Source: Euglena gracilis
Lineage: Eukaryota
Direction: 5' to 3'
Assembly (NCBI GenBank): GCA_039621445.1
Contig: CP154954.1
Coordinates: 14,054,387-14,118,386, forward strand
DNA length: 64,000 nt
In this document: positions 43,684 to 57,150 of the stretch, one piece after another
Layout of the letters: each line of letters starts with the position of its first letter
Numbering within the stretch: the stretch's first letter is position 1
Notes under the pieces: generated by a model
Databases searched by the model: none
The model's input: the letters and a program-made list of their open reading frames with translations, nothing else
What the model was told of the DNA's origin: nothing
Translations under genes and position numbers: made by a program

Positions 43684-44145
43684 CATACATCTCTCTAAGG
43701 TTTTGCGAACCCCCCCCCCCGGGGGGGGGAGGCGGCTGCAGCCAGCCCCGATTTGGGCCCAGCCCAGCCGCAGCAGCCCCCTCCCCCCCGAGGGGGGGGG
43801 GGGTGCTGCTAGCCCTAGCTAGCCAGCCCCTTTTTGGGGGTCCAGCCCAAAAATTTTCGGCGCAAAGCGCCGAAATTTTTTGAAAAACTGTGTTCAAAAG
43901 TGGCCAAAAATGGGGTTTGGGGGGCGTTTGGGGCATTTTGGGGGGGTTTCAGATGCATCATTTTTTCAAAACTGTGTTTTGCAGGTCATTTTTGGGCATT
44001 TTTCCGATTTCAGTCCAGCTCGCCCCGGTTCGGGTCCAGCCGGGGTCCAGCCGGGGGGCGGGCTAGCCAGCCCAAATTTCTAGCCAGCCCAAATTTCTAG
44101 CCCTAGCCCAGCAACCCCCCCCCGGTGTCCTTAAAGAGATGTATG
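43684..44145. mobile_element. hAT-like MITE
   Basis: CATACATCTCTCTAAGG / CCTTAAAGAGATGTATG; perfect TSD acagggag. Confidence 0.9.
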
Positions 44146-45867
44146 ACAGGGAGACAATTCAAAGTCGGTCACGTCAAACGCTCCCCACCTCTTGAAGCAA
44201 CACAACGTCAGCTGAGAATTCCTCCGCTAGAGCCAAAATCTCGGACGATTTCTTTGCAGCCCCTCCACAATTCATTGAGATGACACAAATGGAGCCATTA
44301 GAGGGCAAGAACGGGCAGAAATTTGAGGCCAGGGATTGGGTGACACAATTTTGGGTCCAAAGGTGAATGAGGGTGGTGTTGCCTCACTCAGGTTCACTAA
44401 CGATGGGGTGTGCCGATGGGTACGACGCATCAAGGTGGGTACTACCCCTTCCATTTGGTTGCCCCCAACAAAAGTTATGGAGAGGGACGCAATATTTCTG
44501 GTTACGGGGGTCTCTGGCGGAATGTGGGGACAAAGAGACCCCAAAAGCACCCTGCGCGGAGGGAGGCTTTCCTAAACAAACTGCCCCGAGAGACAACAGC
44601 CGCAAGCATTTTGAACAATAAACACCAAGGAAGACGAGACTTGTCTAATCCAATACACCACCCCCTGGTTGGAGGACACCTTTCTGGTCACAACCCTGTA
44701 TCCAACGACCCCCCCCGTCGGAGACACAGGTTACTAGTTGTGGGGGGACAGTGTTGTGTGATATTGGCACCCACATAAAGCAGGGATTGATGTTTATCCT
44801 GCGATGGATAACCCCGGATAACTCCGAAAAACGACATATGAGCCTGAAACCCCAAACTACGGATAATTACGGATAATTATGGGTAACTACAAATAAGCTT
44901 TCTCCCCCATTACAGATAACCATGGATGTGGGGTCTGTCATCATCAAATCGATGATTTCGTTGGTAATAAGTCTTACGTCTTATGAAGCAGCCAGACGTG
45001 GCCTCAAAGTCGCCAAAGGCAGTCAAAGGTGGCCAAAATTAGCAAAAAAAATTTGCAGTGGTCAGATGCTAATAGTCGCCAAGAGTGGGTGAAATTGGGC
45101 AAAAGTTGCCAAGAGTGGCCAACATTGGGGAGTGGTCAAATGACCAACAGTGGACAAAAAGTGGATGGAATGGATGCAGTGGATGCATGTACTGGAAGTC
45201 ATTTCAGCGGCTGCCCAGACCCCTGGGAAGGGTCAAGAAACTCTGCCCCCAAGCACCTCTGGTTAACCATTCCCTTGGGCCCGCCATCCCAGCAACCTGG
45301 TGAAGCCAGGGCAAATTTTTTGCCATTTTGCAGCAAAGGCACAAATGCTATGTTTAAGTTGTTTGAGGTTTCGCCTCCAAATTTTATCTGAAAAAATGCC
45401 ACCTGACTGGATCTGTGATTTGAGATAAGCGGATTTGGGTGTGGTTGCCTTTTTATTGAGAACCAGATCCTAGACCTCGTTTTTTCTTATTGGTGTACCC
45501 CCCACAGCCAACTCTTTGCCAACCAAGGCCAATTAAACACCAAATGGGAAGTTACCGTTGGTGCCAGCCCATCTGTCCTGTCGTGGGTGGAAGAATTCTG
45601 GGGGAATTGACAAAAGATACCTGGTGCGGCTTCAAATCAGGCATTCAATGGTGTGTTCACCAAAAAAAAATTTCTTGTGCACCATATGTTCACCCAGAAA
45701 AAAATTTGTGTTCACCTCTGTTCACCAAAAAAAAAAACGTTTTTCTGTTCACCCATGTTCGCCAGAAATGTTTGGCATTCACCAAAACGCGTTGAGAAAA
45801 CAGCGGCGTCACAGCAAATGAATATCATATCTCTCTTTCTTTTTTCTCTTCCGTCCTAGGAATGCGC

Positions 45868-46122
45868 CAGGGCTTTTTTTAAGTTCGGACTCCAGGGAGG
45901 TCGCTGGACCCCCTCACCCCAAGGGGTCCCCCAACCGCTTGTGGGTCCCCTGCTGGAGGCTGGGTTTTGGCCATTTGTCATTTTTGGCACGAAGTGCCGA
46001 AAAAAATTTGGCCCCAAAATTGACCACCAAGTCGGTCCTCCGCACCACCCTCCCCCGGGAGGTCGAGGGTACCCACTGGGTGGGAGGGGGACCCACTCCC
46101 CCCCAGTCTTAAGAAGTCCCTG
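45868..46122. mobile_element. hAT-like MITE, TSD not recognisable
   Basis: CAGGGCTTTTTTTAAG / CTTAAGAAGTCCCTG. Confidence 0.65.
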
Positions 46123-48547
46123 GGTTTCCAGGTGGAACAGTGGCCATGGTGTCAAATATCAGTCCGTTTTTCAGATGCTTTTTGTTTACAGCAATGGAGT
46201 TTTATGTGTTTACCCGAGTTCACCAAAATAAATTTGTTTTAAAACAAATGTGTACCCCAACTCCTTTGTGAACACACTAAGAGGATGTCTGTTTGAAATT
46301 CCTTGAAGCTCACGGGCACGCATATTGGCATGGAAATCTTTATCATTTTTCCTTTTAGGTTCTGCCATAAACCGATGGGCTTCGGAGTCTACAATTTTTT
46401 ATCGACCCCCAAGGGTCATTCTTCTTCTCTTTCTTGGATTTGTGGTCCCTTTTTTCTTTTTCGAAAAGTTAGTCATCACTCCAGGGGGGGGTTCGGATAC
46501 TCTGGAATCCAACCATGAAAAAAAATGTCCAAAATTTTTCTGGCGCTTTTGGCATCGGATCATTTTCGTGTTTTTTTTGCCTATCATCCCCCCGGGGGCA
46601 GGGAGTTTGGGACCAAAGCCAGCCCTGAAAACCATTCATCCCCCCAAGGGGGAGGGGGTGGCCAGTGATCATTTGATTGCATGCTCTGGATTAGTAAATG
46701 ATGGTCAGAATGCAACAAGCTGAAAGCCTAAGCTGGAACAGGGGGATTGACCCCCGCGATTTTCCTGCAGTTTCCGGCATTTTTCGTTGCAATATTTCTA
46801 AAAAAAATTGTTTCCTGAAGGCCTCCGATATCAGTTTCTCCCGCTGAGTGTGATGAAGCCGATGAGCCGGGGGCTGCCCTGGACACCCTGTGCGAATCCC
46901 CTGGGCCCGGCCGCCATGCAAAGACAATAAGCGTCTGTCTGGCATCCGACCCCCTAACCATTTCCCTTCTCTCTCCCGATGCTACCCTGCCAGCCTGTGC
47001 CACCACTGGGACACTTCATTGAGAAATGCCACTGAGCGATGCCAGAAAAACATTTTGGAGGCTGTCGTCCTCAATCATCAGGCGAATCAGGCGAATTGAG
47101 AAGTTGTCCTCTTCGCTTGTGCTGCCATATCGTTTCGCAACAAAGTGCCGGGGGTTAGGGGAGGGGGTTGTCTGCAGTTTCTGACAAATAGAATACGAGC
47201 CTCCTCAGTGTCAATTAGAAGATTGTGGAGGGGCATTTCAATCCCCCCATGGCCTCATCCCACTGCTTCTGGGCAATTTTCCCCCCCCCAAGATTGGCTT
47301 TATGTTTGCAACTGGAACCTTGGCCTTCATATTTTATGCCTTTGTGCATGGCCTACTGAGTATTAGTAACATTCAAAGTTGGCCTCTGTGCCTTCAGCCT
47401 CGGCGCCAGAAACGGACGGCAATTGTGGTGCGCATTGTGGTGGTCAATGCCCAGTGTGCCAGGCTGGCATGCCCGGTGCCCAGGAGGCATGGACCACCAA
47501 CGCCACCTACCGGGCCTCGGGCCGCGCTTGGCCGCCATCTGACCCTCCCCCCTCCCCGTACACACACACTGAGCAACACACCATGTACGGTACCCCTTTT
47601 CGCAGGCTGAGTTTTCAGGGCCGACCCCGCCCAGTGGGGTGTGGCACATGGTCAATGCTGGAGTGCCTGATCACGCGACGACCAAGGAGCTCCAGCGGCA
47701 ACGGTGCCAGAAACCCAGAACAGGCTGACAGGAACGTTTTCCGTCTTTCTTTCGGCCTGCAATGTCTGGCCGCCGACCCCTGTCCCTGGCAGGGACCTCA
47801 CATCTCAGGCTCTCTGATGTCCCCTTCCGCTCCGGGGTTGATCCAACTCAGCCTGCACTCCACCACCACCACCACCACAACGCTTACGTGCCCCTCTGCT
47901 CCGCTTGTCACACAACGTCGCAAAGCCTGGCTGTTCGCTTTCCTGGCTGAGCATACCGCTGATTTTGCGGAACCTCAGCTTGGGGGGGGGGTCGGCGTGT
48001 TTGTGAGGGGGAGTGACCGTCGCCAAAATGTGATCTGTATTATACAGAAAGTATGGTGCGGATCACAGAGTTTAAGTGAGAAACTTACGTTTCTCACCTT
48101 AAGTGAGAAATTTAAGGCGGCAGCTTGTTTTACGTTGCCCTTCTCGGGTGTTTCCCGGGATTCCGGTGATTCCCACGCTCCGCCTCGGCTCGTTCCACGC
48201 CATTTGGCCAAGGCCTTCAGAAGTGCCCTGTCCCCCTCATTTCGGGCGCCAGCGGTTACGCAAGACATAAACCCCCCTCTGAGCCCTGACCCCACATTGC
48301 CCGGGCAGGTCGCCTGCCGCGTTTCCTCCCCGACCGGTTGCCTACCACCCTCTCTCCCCACAAGCCGCCCTTATCTGCATTAGCCCGGTTGCCAATACAG
48401 GGGTGGAGCAGGTTGGAGCCGCGCCTGCCACCATAGAAATGCCAAAAGTTTGGATCTTGCGATGAGCCCAACGGCAGGCCGGAGAGGATCCACCAAAAAC
48501 CCTAATTTTGCCATCCAGAGTTCGCAGAACAATGCGCCACACAGAAT

Positions 48548-48585
48548 AATGAATGAATGAATGAATGAATGAATGAATGAATGAA
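48548..48585. repeat. (TGAA)n microsatellite
   Basis: Directly visible. Confidence 0.95.
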
Positions 48586-49390
48586 CATCGCTGGGAGGTG
48601 TTCTCCCCGGATGGGAACCCACAGCACTTTGAGCAATCGGCCGCCCCCGCCGCACGGAGGGTGTGCTGAAACGGACCGCAAAGGTGTTGCAGAGTCCCCA
48701 TCGTCCGTGACAAGTAATGTACCCTTATAGCCCGGCCCGTGGCTGAACGCGAATGGGCGTTGCGAGAGGCAACGGCCCGTGGGTGGTCAGGTTTTGGGGT
48801 TTGTGCCAGGGGGTAAGTGGAAAGTGCCCCGGGGGGGGGGTTCGCTGAGTGAATCTCTGAGGAGGAAAGGATGAACTAATTTCACCTCCCACACCAACGT
48901 ATCCCGTCCAAGAGAAAATGTCACAACCCCATCAAACTGGGTAACCACCCCATATTGTTATTGGGTGGCAGGGGCATGCACCACCACCACACCATTGCTT
49001 GCCGACCACCAGGGGGGGTTCATTTTCCACTTTCAAAAAAAACCTGTCAGCCATTTTTCGAAAACCAGTCACCCACTTCTTTCCCGCCTTGGACCCCATG
49101 GATCATTTTCCACTTCTTGTGTGGCCACAAAAAGCCTTCGGACTGAACGTCGTTTCCCTCATGAAAAACAAAAGTGACCAAGTTGGAAAAGTTGGCAGAG
49201 CTACCCAGTCCATAGCCCCGCAACAAATCAACTGGTTGCTTTGACCTTCTGTCTTTATTTTATTATTTTTTTTCACTTTCTTGCGTCTGTTTTATTCCTC
49301 CAATTTTCATTTTCTCGCTCCGTCCCACAGGGTCGTAAGCGGTATACCAGAGAAGGGGTGAGGGCAGAGCGCAAGTGTCTTACGAGGCAT

Positions 49391-49895
49391 ATAAAAACCC
49401 CCAAATGTAAGAAACCCGTTTCTTATATTTGGGTGTCGGCCTATCGGCCCAAAGGGTTGCTTATATTTGGGGGTTTCTCATATTTTTGTGTCGAAGGCAG
49501 GACCCAAGGGTTTCTTGTAAATGGAAGTTTTTCTTCCTTCTGTTCCTTCATGTAATTAAAGGTGAAGGCCAGAAAACAAAATTCGTGCTTCTCCCATTTG
49601 TCACCTTCATGGGTCCATTGTACCTCCTCCACCCAAAAAGCACCTCTTGCTTTATTGCAAAGAAGCAATAAACTGGACGGCTTCATGTTTTGTTGATCGC
49701 GCGTTGAGATTTGCTGTGACCCGTGATGAAAATGGATGAGGGGTTTCTTATATATGGATTAGCATCCAACAGCCCAGGAGTTTCTTATATTCGGGGGTTT
49801 CTTATATTTGGGTGTCGGCTGAAAATCGGCTAAAGGGTTTCTTATATTTGGGGGTTTCTTGTAGCGAGGGGTTTCTTATATTTGGGGGGGTTTAC
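49391..49895. mobile_element. MITE with repeated GGGTTTCTTATATTTGGG motifs
   Basis: taaaaacccccaaatgtaagaaaccc is inverted relative to gggtttcttatatttggggggggtttac. Confidence 0.65.
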
Positions 49896-50108
49896 CAGGG
49901 GTGATTTGCACACTGTTATTCGCATAAGAAGTTTGTGTTGACTTATATATTTATGTTCTTGTGATTCTCAGGTGATTCGGTGATTTTGCTCTGCCTTTTT
50001 TCTTCGACTTTGCTAGAGCATGGAAGGGGTTTTTTTATTTATCACACACACACACACAGACACGCACACCTTCCTCTTTCCAATTGTGTTCCGAGGAAAG
50101 ATCCAGCG

Positions 50109-50421
50109 CAGGCTTGCGCTTAGTCGGGTGCCTACCCCACGGGGGGGGGGGTGGGCGCTAGGGGCAGGCACCCCATAGCACCCGATCCGACCCCCCCCCC
50201 CGGGGGGGGTAGGGTTTTGGGGGGTGCCTGCCCCTAGCAGGCACCCCCCTACGACCCCGGCGCCGAAGGCGCCGGGGGCCCGGAAAAGGCCATTTTCAAT
50301 GAAAATTTTCTGGGTCCGGCCCGGAACCCTATCCCCCCCCGGGGGGGGTGTGCCTGCTAGGGGCAGGCACCCTATAGCACCCACCCCCCCCCTCCCCCCC
50401 CGGTCGGTAAGCACAAGCATG
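50109..50421. mobile_element. hAT-like MITE
   Basis: CAGGCTTGCGCTTA / TAAGCACAAGCATG; perfect TSD atccagcg. Confidence 0.88.
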
Positions 50422-51263
50422 ATCCAGCGATGAGCCGCCTTGCCCAGCATCCCTCTTTTGCCATGCTGAGCCATATTCATTACCCTCAACCCATCCGAGG
50501 CACATTAGGTGCTCTGGTTTCCATGACTGGGCGAGGCCAAAACCAGACAACGGTGCCCGGAATCCCCTGAAGAGGAAGGGTCAAGGAGGTGAGAGAGGTA
50601 CCATTTGTGTCCAAAATCGATTTGGTTTTCTCTTTGAAAGCTTCTCAAAGCTCTTGGCCAGCGAATGACGGCTGCTGCGCTCTGTAGCTTACGTTTCTGG
50701 CAGCCTGCCGCCAGGATTTTCCAAGTTTATTCTTAGGGTCCTTGAGGGCTGGCCATAACACCCCCTGTTGGTTTGTCGTTTAAATCGCTGTTTCCCGTCG
50801 GACCCCTGGTATCTCATTCACAAAAGGAGCCAAGGTTCACGGTTTCTCGTCACACAACAAACAAACCCCCCTCCAGCTCTGTCATCATGGTTAGCACCAT
50901 TCTTTTTCCGAATTTGCTCTGTGCATAAAACAGTTCCAGCGAGCATCACCACAGGCAGGTGCTCTAATTTTGGGGAACCCGAGCTGTGAGATGGGACAGC
51001 TTGGCGGGACAGCTTGACGGTTAAAAGTTGAGCAACGGGTTCATTTTTTCAGGTTATTTATTCTATTTTATTTCTCTGGAAAGTTGATATCTCGCTTGGT
51101 GGGGTCCATGGGTGGTTTTTTTTGTATTTTTTTTGGAAAATCGAGCAACCCGGAAATAGGACTGTTTCGCACAAACAGGCACGCGATTCTGTGGCAGCTC
51201 TGCCCCCAGTGTGCAGAACTTTGGTGAAGCATTTCTTTCTTGGGTGTGTTTCTCTCCCTCATC

Positions 51264-51541
51264 CAGGGATTTTTTTAAGTTTGGACCCCCGGGGGGGGGT
51301 AGGGTGGGTGGGTCCGGCCGAGCCCCCCCCCCCCCCGGGGGGGTCCCCCCCAGAGGGGGGTGGGATATACTTTTCGGCGCCGCAGGCGCCGAAAAATTCT
51401 ATTTTTAGCACTTTTCGCGATTTTTCGGCCATTTTTTTGTGGGTCCCCCGGGACCCCCCCCCCCCCCCCGGGGGTCCCCCTCGAGGGGGTGGGTGGGTGG
51501 TGGGGTCCCCCCCCTCCCCCCCGGTCTTAAAAAAACCCCTG
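51264..51541. mobile_element. hAT-like MITE
   Basis: CAGGGATTTTTTTAAG / CTTAAAAAAACCCCTG; TSD ccctcatc / gcctcatc. Confidence 0.87.
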
Positions 51542-52148
51542 GCCTCATCCAATCCAACGTGAACACCGCACCGGCAATGTGGTTCAGGGTCACCCTGCAT
51601 TACTGACCAGAACGGTCAACTGACCAAATGCCAAGCAGAAAGCCCCAAATTCTCACCCCGTCCCTCAATCAAGGGTGCGTGTGCTGTGCCGCCCTCTGGC
51701 CTCGCCCCGAGGCCAATCAGAGGTAATTGTCCAGTGCTGATGGGCGAGGGCCTGCTTGGAGCCGGGGACTGCCCTGCGGACCCCCAGTGGAGCCATCGTC
51801 ACCGTCGTCCTCGCCGAGATTGTGGCTGTGCCTCCTTGGAGCCCAGCGGAACCTTCCCTTCCCAGCAGTTGTGTCCTGCCATGATTTCTGCGTTTGGGTT
51901 GCGCATTTGCACTGCTCGGGAAGAATGGGCTTCGAGATCCGGAAGTCCCGTCTTTGCAACTGCTCCCCCCTTTCTCGATGGTTTGGGCCACCCACCCATC
52001 CAAACCCCAACCAAATTCGGCGGACGCTTTTCCCGGCCCAGTCCTTGGCCAGGCCAAAATCTGACCCTCGACCTGAGGACCCATCCCCCACTCACCCACC
52101 CAGTCTCAATAACCCACCGAGGTGGGGTCACACAGGTGTAAATGGAAT

Positions 52149-52594
52149 CAGGCATTTGCTTAAGGATTGCAGTACCCCCCCCCCAGTGGGCGGGGGGCTG
52201 GACCGCAGCTAGTCCAAATTTGGCTAGTGGGATTTCTAACAGATCCCCCCCGGGGGGGGGGGGGGCCTGCTAGCAGGGCTAGCTAGTGGGAAAAAATTTT
52301 TCCAGTGATCGGCGCAAAGCGCCGGAAAATTTTTTTTCGGACCCCCAAAAATGGCCAAAAATGCCCGTTTTTGGCCGTTTTGGGGAATTTTTGGAACAAA
52401 ATCAGCCAAAAACCTATTAAAAACCTCATTTCCACCTCGGCGCACAGCGCCGAGGAAAAATTAATTTCCAGTTGGGGGGACCCCCGGACCCCCCCCCCCC
52501 CCCCGGGGGGGGGGGGTCTAGCTAGTCCATTTTTTCCAGTGTCTAGCCAATTGGCTAGCCAGTACCCCCCCAGGGGTCGTTAAGCAAATGCCTG
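52149..52594. mobile_element. hAT-like MITE
   Basis: Perfect 15-bp TIR CAGGCATTTGCTTAA; perfect TSD aatggaat. Confidence 0.92.
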
Positions 52595-54651
52595 AATGGA
52601 ATATATTGGCCAGACGGCAAAGAGAATCTTGCGGTAAACTTGGCAAACTGCCAAATTTCAACACAAAATCGATTTTTACCATTTCAAAAGAAACGATTTT
52701 TGAACCTTATTATTGATTGGTTGATATTGTCCGCAATGTTACGGCTGCTCATCGGGTTTGCTTATGCCCACACCGGGGGAGGGGCGGGCATAGTCAAGCC
52801 ACCAAACCGCTCCAAAGGACCATAAAAATGGCGGTTGTATAAATAAATATAAAGATTTCAGTTGACTTATTTAAATCTTTTGAGCCGCTGGACACCTCGG
52901 GTTCTGCGCTATTCCAATGCACTCCGGGGAGGACGGGTCACCGAGGGCGAAGCGCAAAGACATCGTGAGGCCATGCCTTGCTCGCCGGCGGTCTGCTGTG
53001 ATTGTTCTGGGGCGCTGGATTAGGAGTCCCTGCTCCCGGAGGAGGCGGCATTGTCTCCAACGTGGCAACCATGGCGCTGACTCTTTCTCTGGGGGGGCTC
53101 CCCCCTGGCCCCCATCTTCTGGCCGAGGCCGTTTGAAGACAAATTTTCATATGGGTGGGGGGGGGTCGGCCTCACAATGTCTTTGTGCGACCAGTCGGGC
53201 TCCGCACTGCGAGATGGTGAGGTACTGCTTTCCTTGCCGGCTGTTCTGTTCTGGTGGGTTTGTACGTGTGCGGGGGGTGCTTCTGACTGCTTTTTGTTGC
53301 CGGAGTTGGCTGATTCCTAATTCTGCCCTTCGACCAAAAGGAGAAAGAATTTCAACTCAACGAGTTCAACAAAGTTCACTACAGCCACCTATCAATACAG
53401 CGGAGGAAGAGCAATCCAGACGAAAGGAGGAAGAAAATTTTGATTTCCATGAAAGATGCAACATACCTGGTGTCCAGCGGCCCGACAGAGCAACAAAGAA
53501 CCCCTGTGAAGGCAGCAGAAGCTGGAGAAGATGGAGTTCCAGCAGGCGCCGGAGCAACCCACATGGAACCAAGCTGTCAAGCAGCATTACAACGAGTTTC
53601 AAGGAAGAAACCTGAAGTGGAGAAGAGTGGAGGAGAAGCAGGAGCTGGAGACGATGACGGAGCAGGAGCGGAGCACCAGTCCGTGGCCGTCGCACCCCCT
53701 CCCAGCTTCCAATTTCCCGGAAAAAATTCAATTCCACCAGTTCGAAGACGGCCATGGACCCTGGACATTGGTGGCCAGAAAGTCGAGGAGACAAAGACAC
53801 CAGCAGCCCACAGCCCATAGGGATAGAAATGGGCAGACAGGTCTGGAAGACTACCCCCCCGTTTTCACATCGCCACCCCCCATCCAGGGGGAACATTCCA
53901 AGGGGAAATGCAGTGCATCAAGGGCATGGCAACACTTTTCAACAAGGCTATGGCAGCCATCATCATCAAGGGCATGGAGCCCAACTGCAAGGCTATGACA
54001 GCCAGAAGCAAATGCTGCAAACTTGCCCCAGGGGAAAGGTATGTCCAACTTACCCCACAGCTCTCTCAAACATGAACCCCTCAGGCAGCCCCCCCTTCGG
54101 GGACAGAAGGCCAATGGAGGCCATTGTATTCAAAATCAAGAGGCCAATGGAGGCCAGTGGAGGAATCAAGACCTCAAGGCCAGTGCAGGCCATTTCAATC
54201 AAAATCAGGAGGCCATTGGGGGCCAATATATGATTCAAGGTCACCACATCAGCCCTTGGGGGGGGGGAGGCCCAAGATTGGCTGCAACAGGGCCACCCCA
54301 GAAGCCCAGACAGACAGCCCAGACACCACAGCTTTATATGTACCTCCCCACTGCAGACACAGACCTTCCCCCATCATTCAAAAACAGGGGAAAGCCTGTC
54401 TTTGGAAAGCCCTATGGCAGGGCCAGCTGCAGCCCCAGTGATGGGGCAGCCAGGGGTGACCCCAGTGATGGGGCAGCCAGGGGGCAGGACCCCAGTGATG
54501 GGGCCTGTGGAATCCCCAGACACATTACACCCAGGGGTACCCCCTTACAGGGCCGTGCGGGCCAGCATTCCTCACTGGATCAAGGCAGGAGCCAGCAGAG
54601 AGGTATTAAACCTGATAAGGGAGCGGATTATGGCAGATCTCCCCCCCCCTG

Positions 54652-55960
54652 ATGTCCTTAAAAGCTCCCTTCAAAACCCCCCAAGAAATAATGACTGCCC
54701 AAAAAATTATGAGAGAATACGAATGTGCAGGGGCAACCAGGCAAACCCCCCCAGAGGAGGCAAAACATTTTGTCCCTTACTTCGTCACTTCCAAAGAAGA
54801 GGGGGAAAAGACAAATGAAATACTAATTTCAGACTGTCGACAGTTAAATCTCCATTTCACCCCCCAGAAGTTCAGACTGGAGCACATGGGAAACATCTTC
54901 CCATATTTAAGAAAAGGTTGGTTCTGTGGAAAAATCGATCTGAAAGATGCTTATTTCCATCTACAGTTGCCCAGCAGCTTAGAAAAATATGTTTGCATGC
55001 AGGTGGGGGGAGAAAACTGGCAGTTTTAAGCTGCAAGCTTTGGCATAAGCAGCCTGCCACAGAAATTTATGACTCTCATGAGAGTCTGGGAAGGAAAATG
55101 GAGAAAGGAAGGAAAGGTAGTTTTCATATACCTGGACGACATTTTGCTGTTAGCCCCCAGCAAAAAGACAGCAGCCCAACATTTGGCAGAAACGAAAACA
55201 GACCTTTTACTGGCAGGTTTCAGATTAAACCTCCCCAAATCCTGTCTGCAACCCACACAGGAGATAAAACATTTGGGCCAGTGGATCAATTTGAAAAAAG
55301 GACAACTGGAAATTCCTCAGGAAAAACTCAAATCATTGAGAAGGGAGCTAGGCAAAGTGCTCAGAGCAAAAAATGAGCAAAAATGAGCTGCAGAAAACTC
55401 AGCTCTATTGTGGGGCAAGTCAGAAGCTATTTAGTATCAATGCCATTTCTACGAATTCTGACAGATCAACTTTGCAAAATGGTGGAGCTACACACCAAGT
55501 GGGGTTGGGACCACACCCTGACCATTCCACAATGGGTCAAGGATCAGATTGTGGAACTAGAAGGATTTTTACAGCCAGGTGTGGGCAGGGCATTTCAATC
55601 CCAGGCTTCACAGGAACTGTTGTCAGACAGCAGCACCTGGCAGTGGGGGGGGGGTGGACAAAAAACTCATGTCAAAAAATACAAGATTTCTGGAGGGACC
55701 TGCATGTCCTCACATCAATCAAAAATAATTGATGTCTGCAGTGGAAACTGTAAAGGCTTTGGCAAAACCAAAACAAACCATTGTTCTTCATGTGGACAGC
55801 CAGGTGGCAGTAAGGTATTTAACAAAATGGGGAGGCAAAAAGCCATACCTAAATTCCATCCTAAAACCCCTTCTGTACCATTGCCAAGAAAAGCAAATCA
55901 ATTTGCAGGTGGTTTGGGTTCCCACCCAGGAGCAATTGGCGGACTCACTGACCAGGGAGC
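54652..55960 (+). pseudogene. Reverse transcriptase plus RNase H (DIRS type)
   Basis: RT motifs: LISDCRQLN, FRLE, KIDLKDAYFH, WQF*AASFG, YLDDILL (YLDD at 55129-55140). RNase H motifs: SDSS, HVDSQVAVRYL, WVPTQEQLADSLTR. TAA stop at 55027 and frameshifts near 55375 and 55650. Confidence 0.92.
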
Positions 55961-55969
55961 AAAAAGATC

Positions 55970-56400
55970 CAGGGGATTATACCCTAAACATAAACATTTT
56001 TCACCAGATTCTGAAATTGTTCAAAAAACACATCACCCCAGAGGTGGACGTGTTTTGTACACCCAGCAACAAAAAATTCCCCAAGTTCATTTGTCGATAC
56101 CCCCACCAAGAGGATTTGTTGGTGGATGCTCTGAAGGCAGATTTAAGGGGTCTCCCCCCAGTTTATGCAAACCCTCCCTGGAGAGTCATTCCCCAGTGGG
56201 TTCAGAGATTAATTCTAAACCCAGACCTGGTTTGTCTGTTGGTCGTACCCCACTGGGCTTCGACATCATGGTGGCGCCAATAAATGACAATCAGGCAGCC
56301 AGGCAGCAAAGTTTTGCTGGTAACCCCCCAGTGGGGTCTGTTCACCAACTGCTGGGGGGAGCAGATGCCCCCCCAAGGTGGAATTTGGCCTGCTTGATTG
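55970..56400 (+). pseudogene. DIRS-associated DNA N6-adenine methyltransferase domain
   Basis: VDVFCTPSNKKFPKF, VDAL, YANPPW (NPPW at 56170-56181), LVVPHWASTSWW, in frame behind RNase H; stop at 56281. Confidence 0.8.
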
Positions 56401-56459
56401 TGTCAGGCAAATATTACAAGCCCAGGAACTTTCGATGTCCAGTATCGACACTTTCACGA

Positions 56460-57150
56460 AAAAATCTGGGAAACGTTAAAAGATATGACTCAGCCTTCAG
56501 GACACTGGTGGGCCAATTGTTGCTCAACGGGGTGCCCCTGCAAGACTGCACAGTCCACAGGATGGCTGAGGCCATCCTTGGTCTTGCTGTTCACAGCATC
56601 AACACTGCACGAAATGCATATGCAGCAGCCTTGTTGATCCCAGGGTTTAGTTGATTGAGATTTTCCCCTCTTCTGGCTCCATTGAAAAGAAAGCGGACTT
56701 CCAATGTCTGCAAGTATGCCCATTTTTGGGACCCCACTGATTTCCTGGAAAACATCCTCAGGGAGTCAAAACCCCTCTCAGAGCCTGTCTGTGAAAGAGC
56801 TCAGAAGCAGACTCATCACCTGTTGGAGGCTTTTGGCCCTCCACAGGGTGGTGGATCTAGCCAGGACACAGCGAAAAATCAGTTTGGTGGGAGAAATTTT
56901 TTTCATTTTATTGCAAAGAAAGGTTGGCAACTCCCCAGATGGGAGGAAGTTTTGAATTTGCCACACACACCCCTCATAAGCCCCTGGCATTTATTGAAAG
57001 AGTATGTGGAAAGGACAGACCGCATGGTTGGGCACAAACATAACTTGTTATGGTATTTGGATGGTAAAAGAATCTTTGACATCAGAAAGAGTGAATTCCA
57101 TTGCCAAATAAATTCTGCAAGAGGGGGGGGGTGGACACCACCCACTGGAA
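56460..57150 (+). pseudogene. Tyrosine recombinase, disrupted and 3'-truncated
   Basis: KYAHFWD, LLALHRVVDLAR (first catalytic Arg box) and SPWHLLKEYVERT (DIRS CPV..L..Y..RT-like). No HxxR or Tyr motif follows. Confidence 0.75.

Noticed and set aside
46820-53150. Scattered GC-rich patches that may be exons of another gene
   Set aside because: I could not establish strand, frame or homology.
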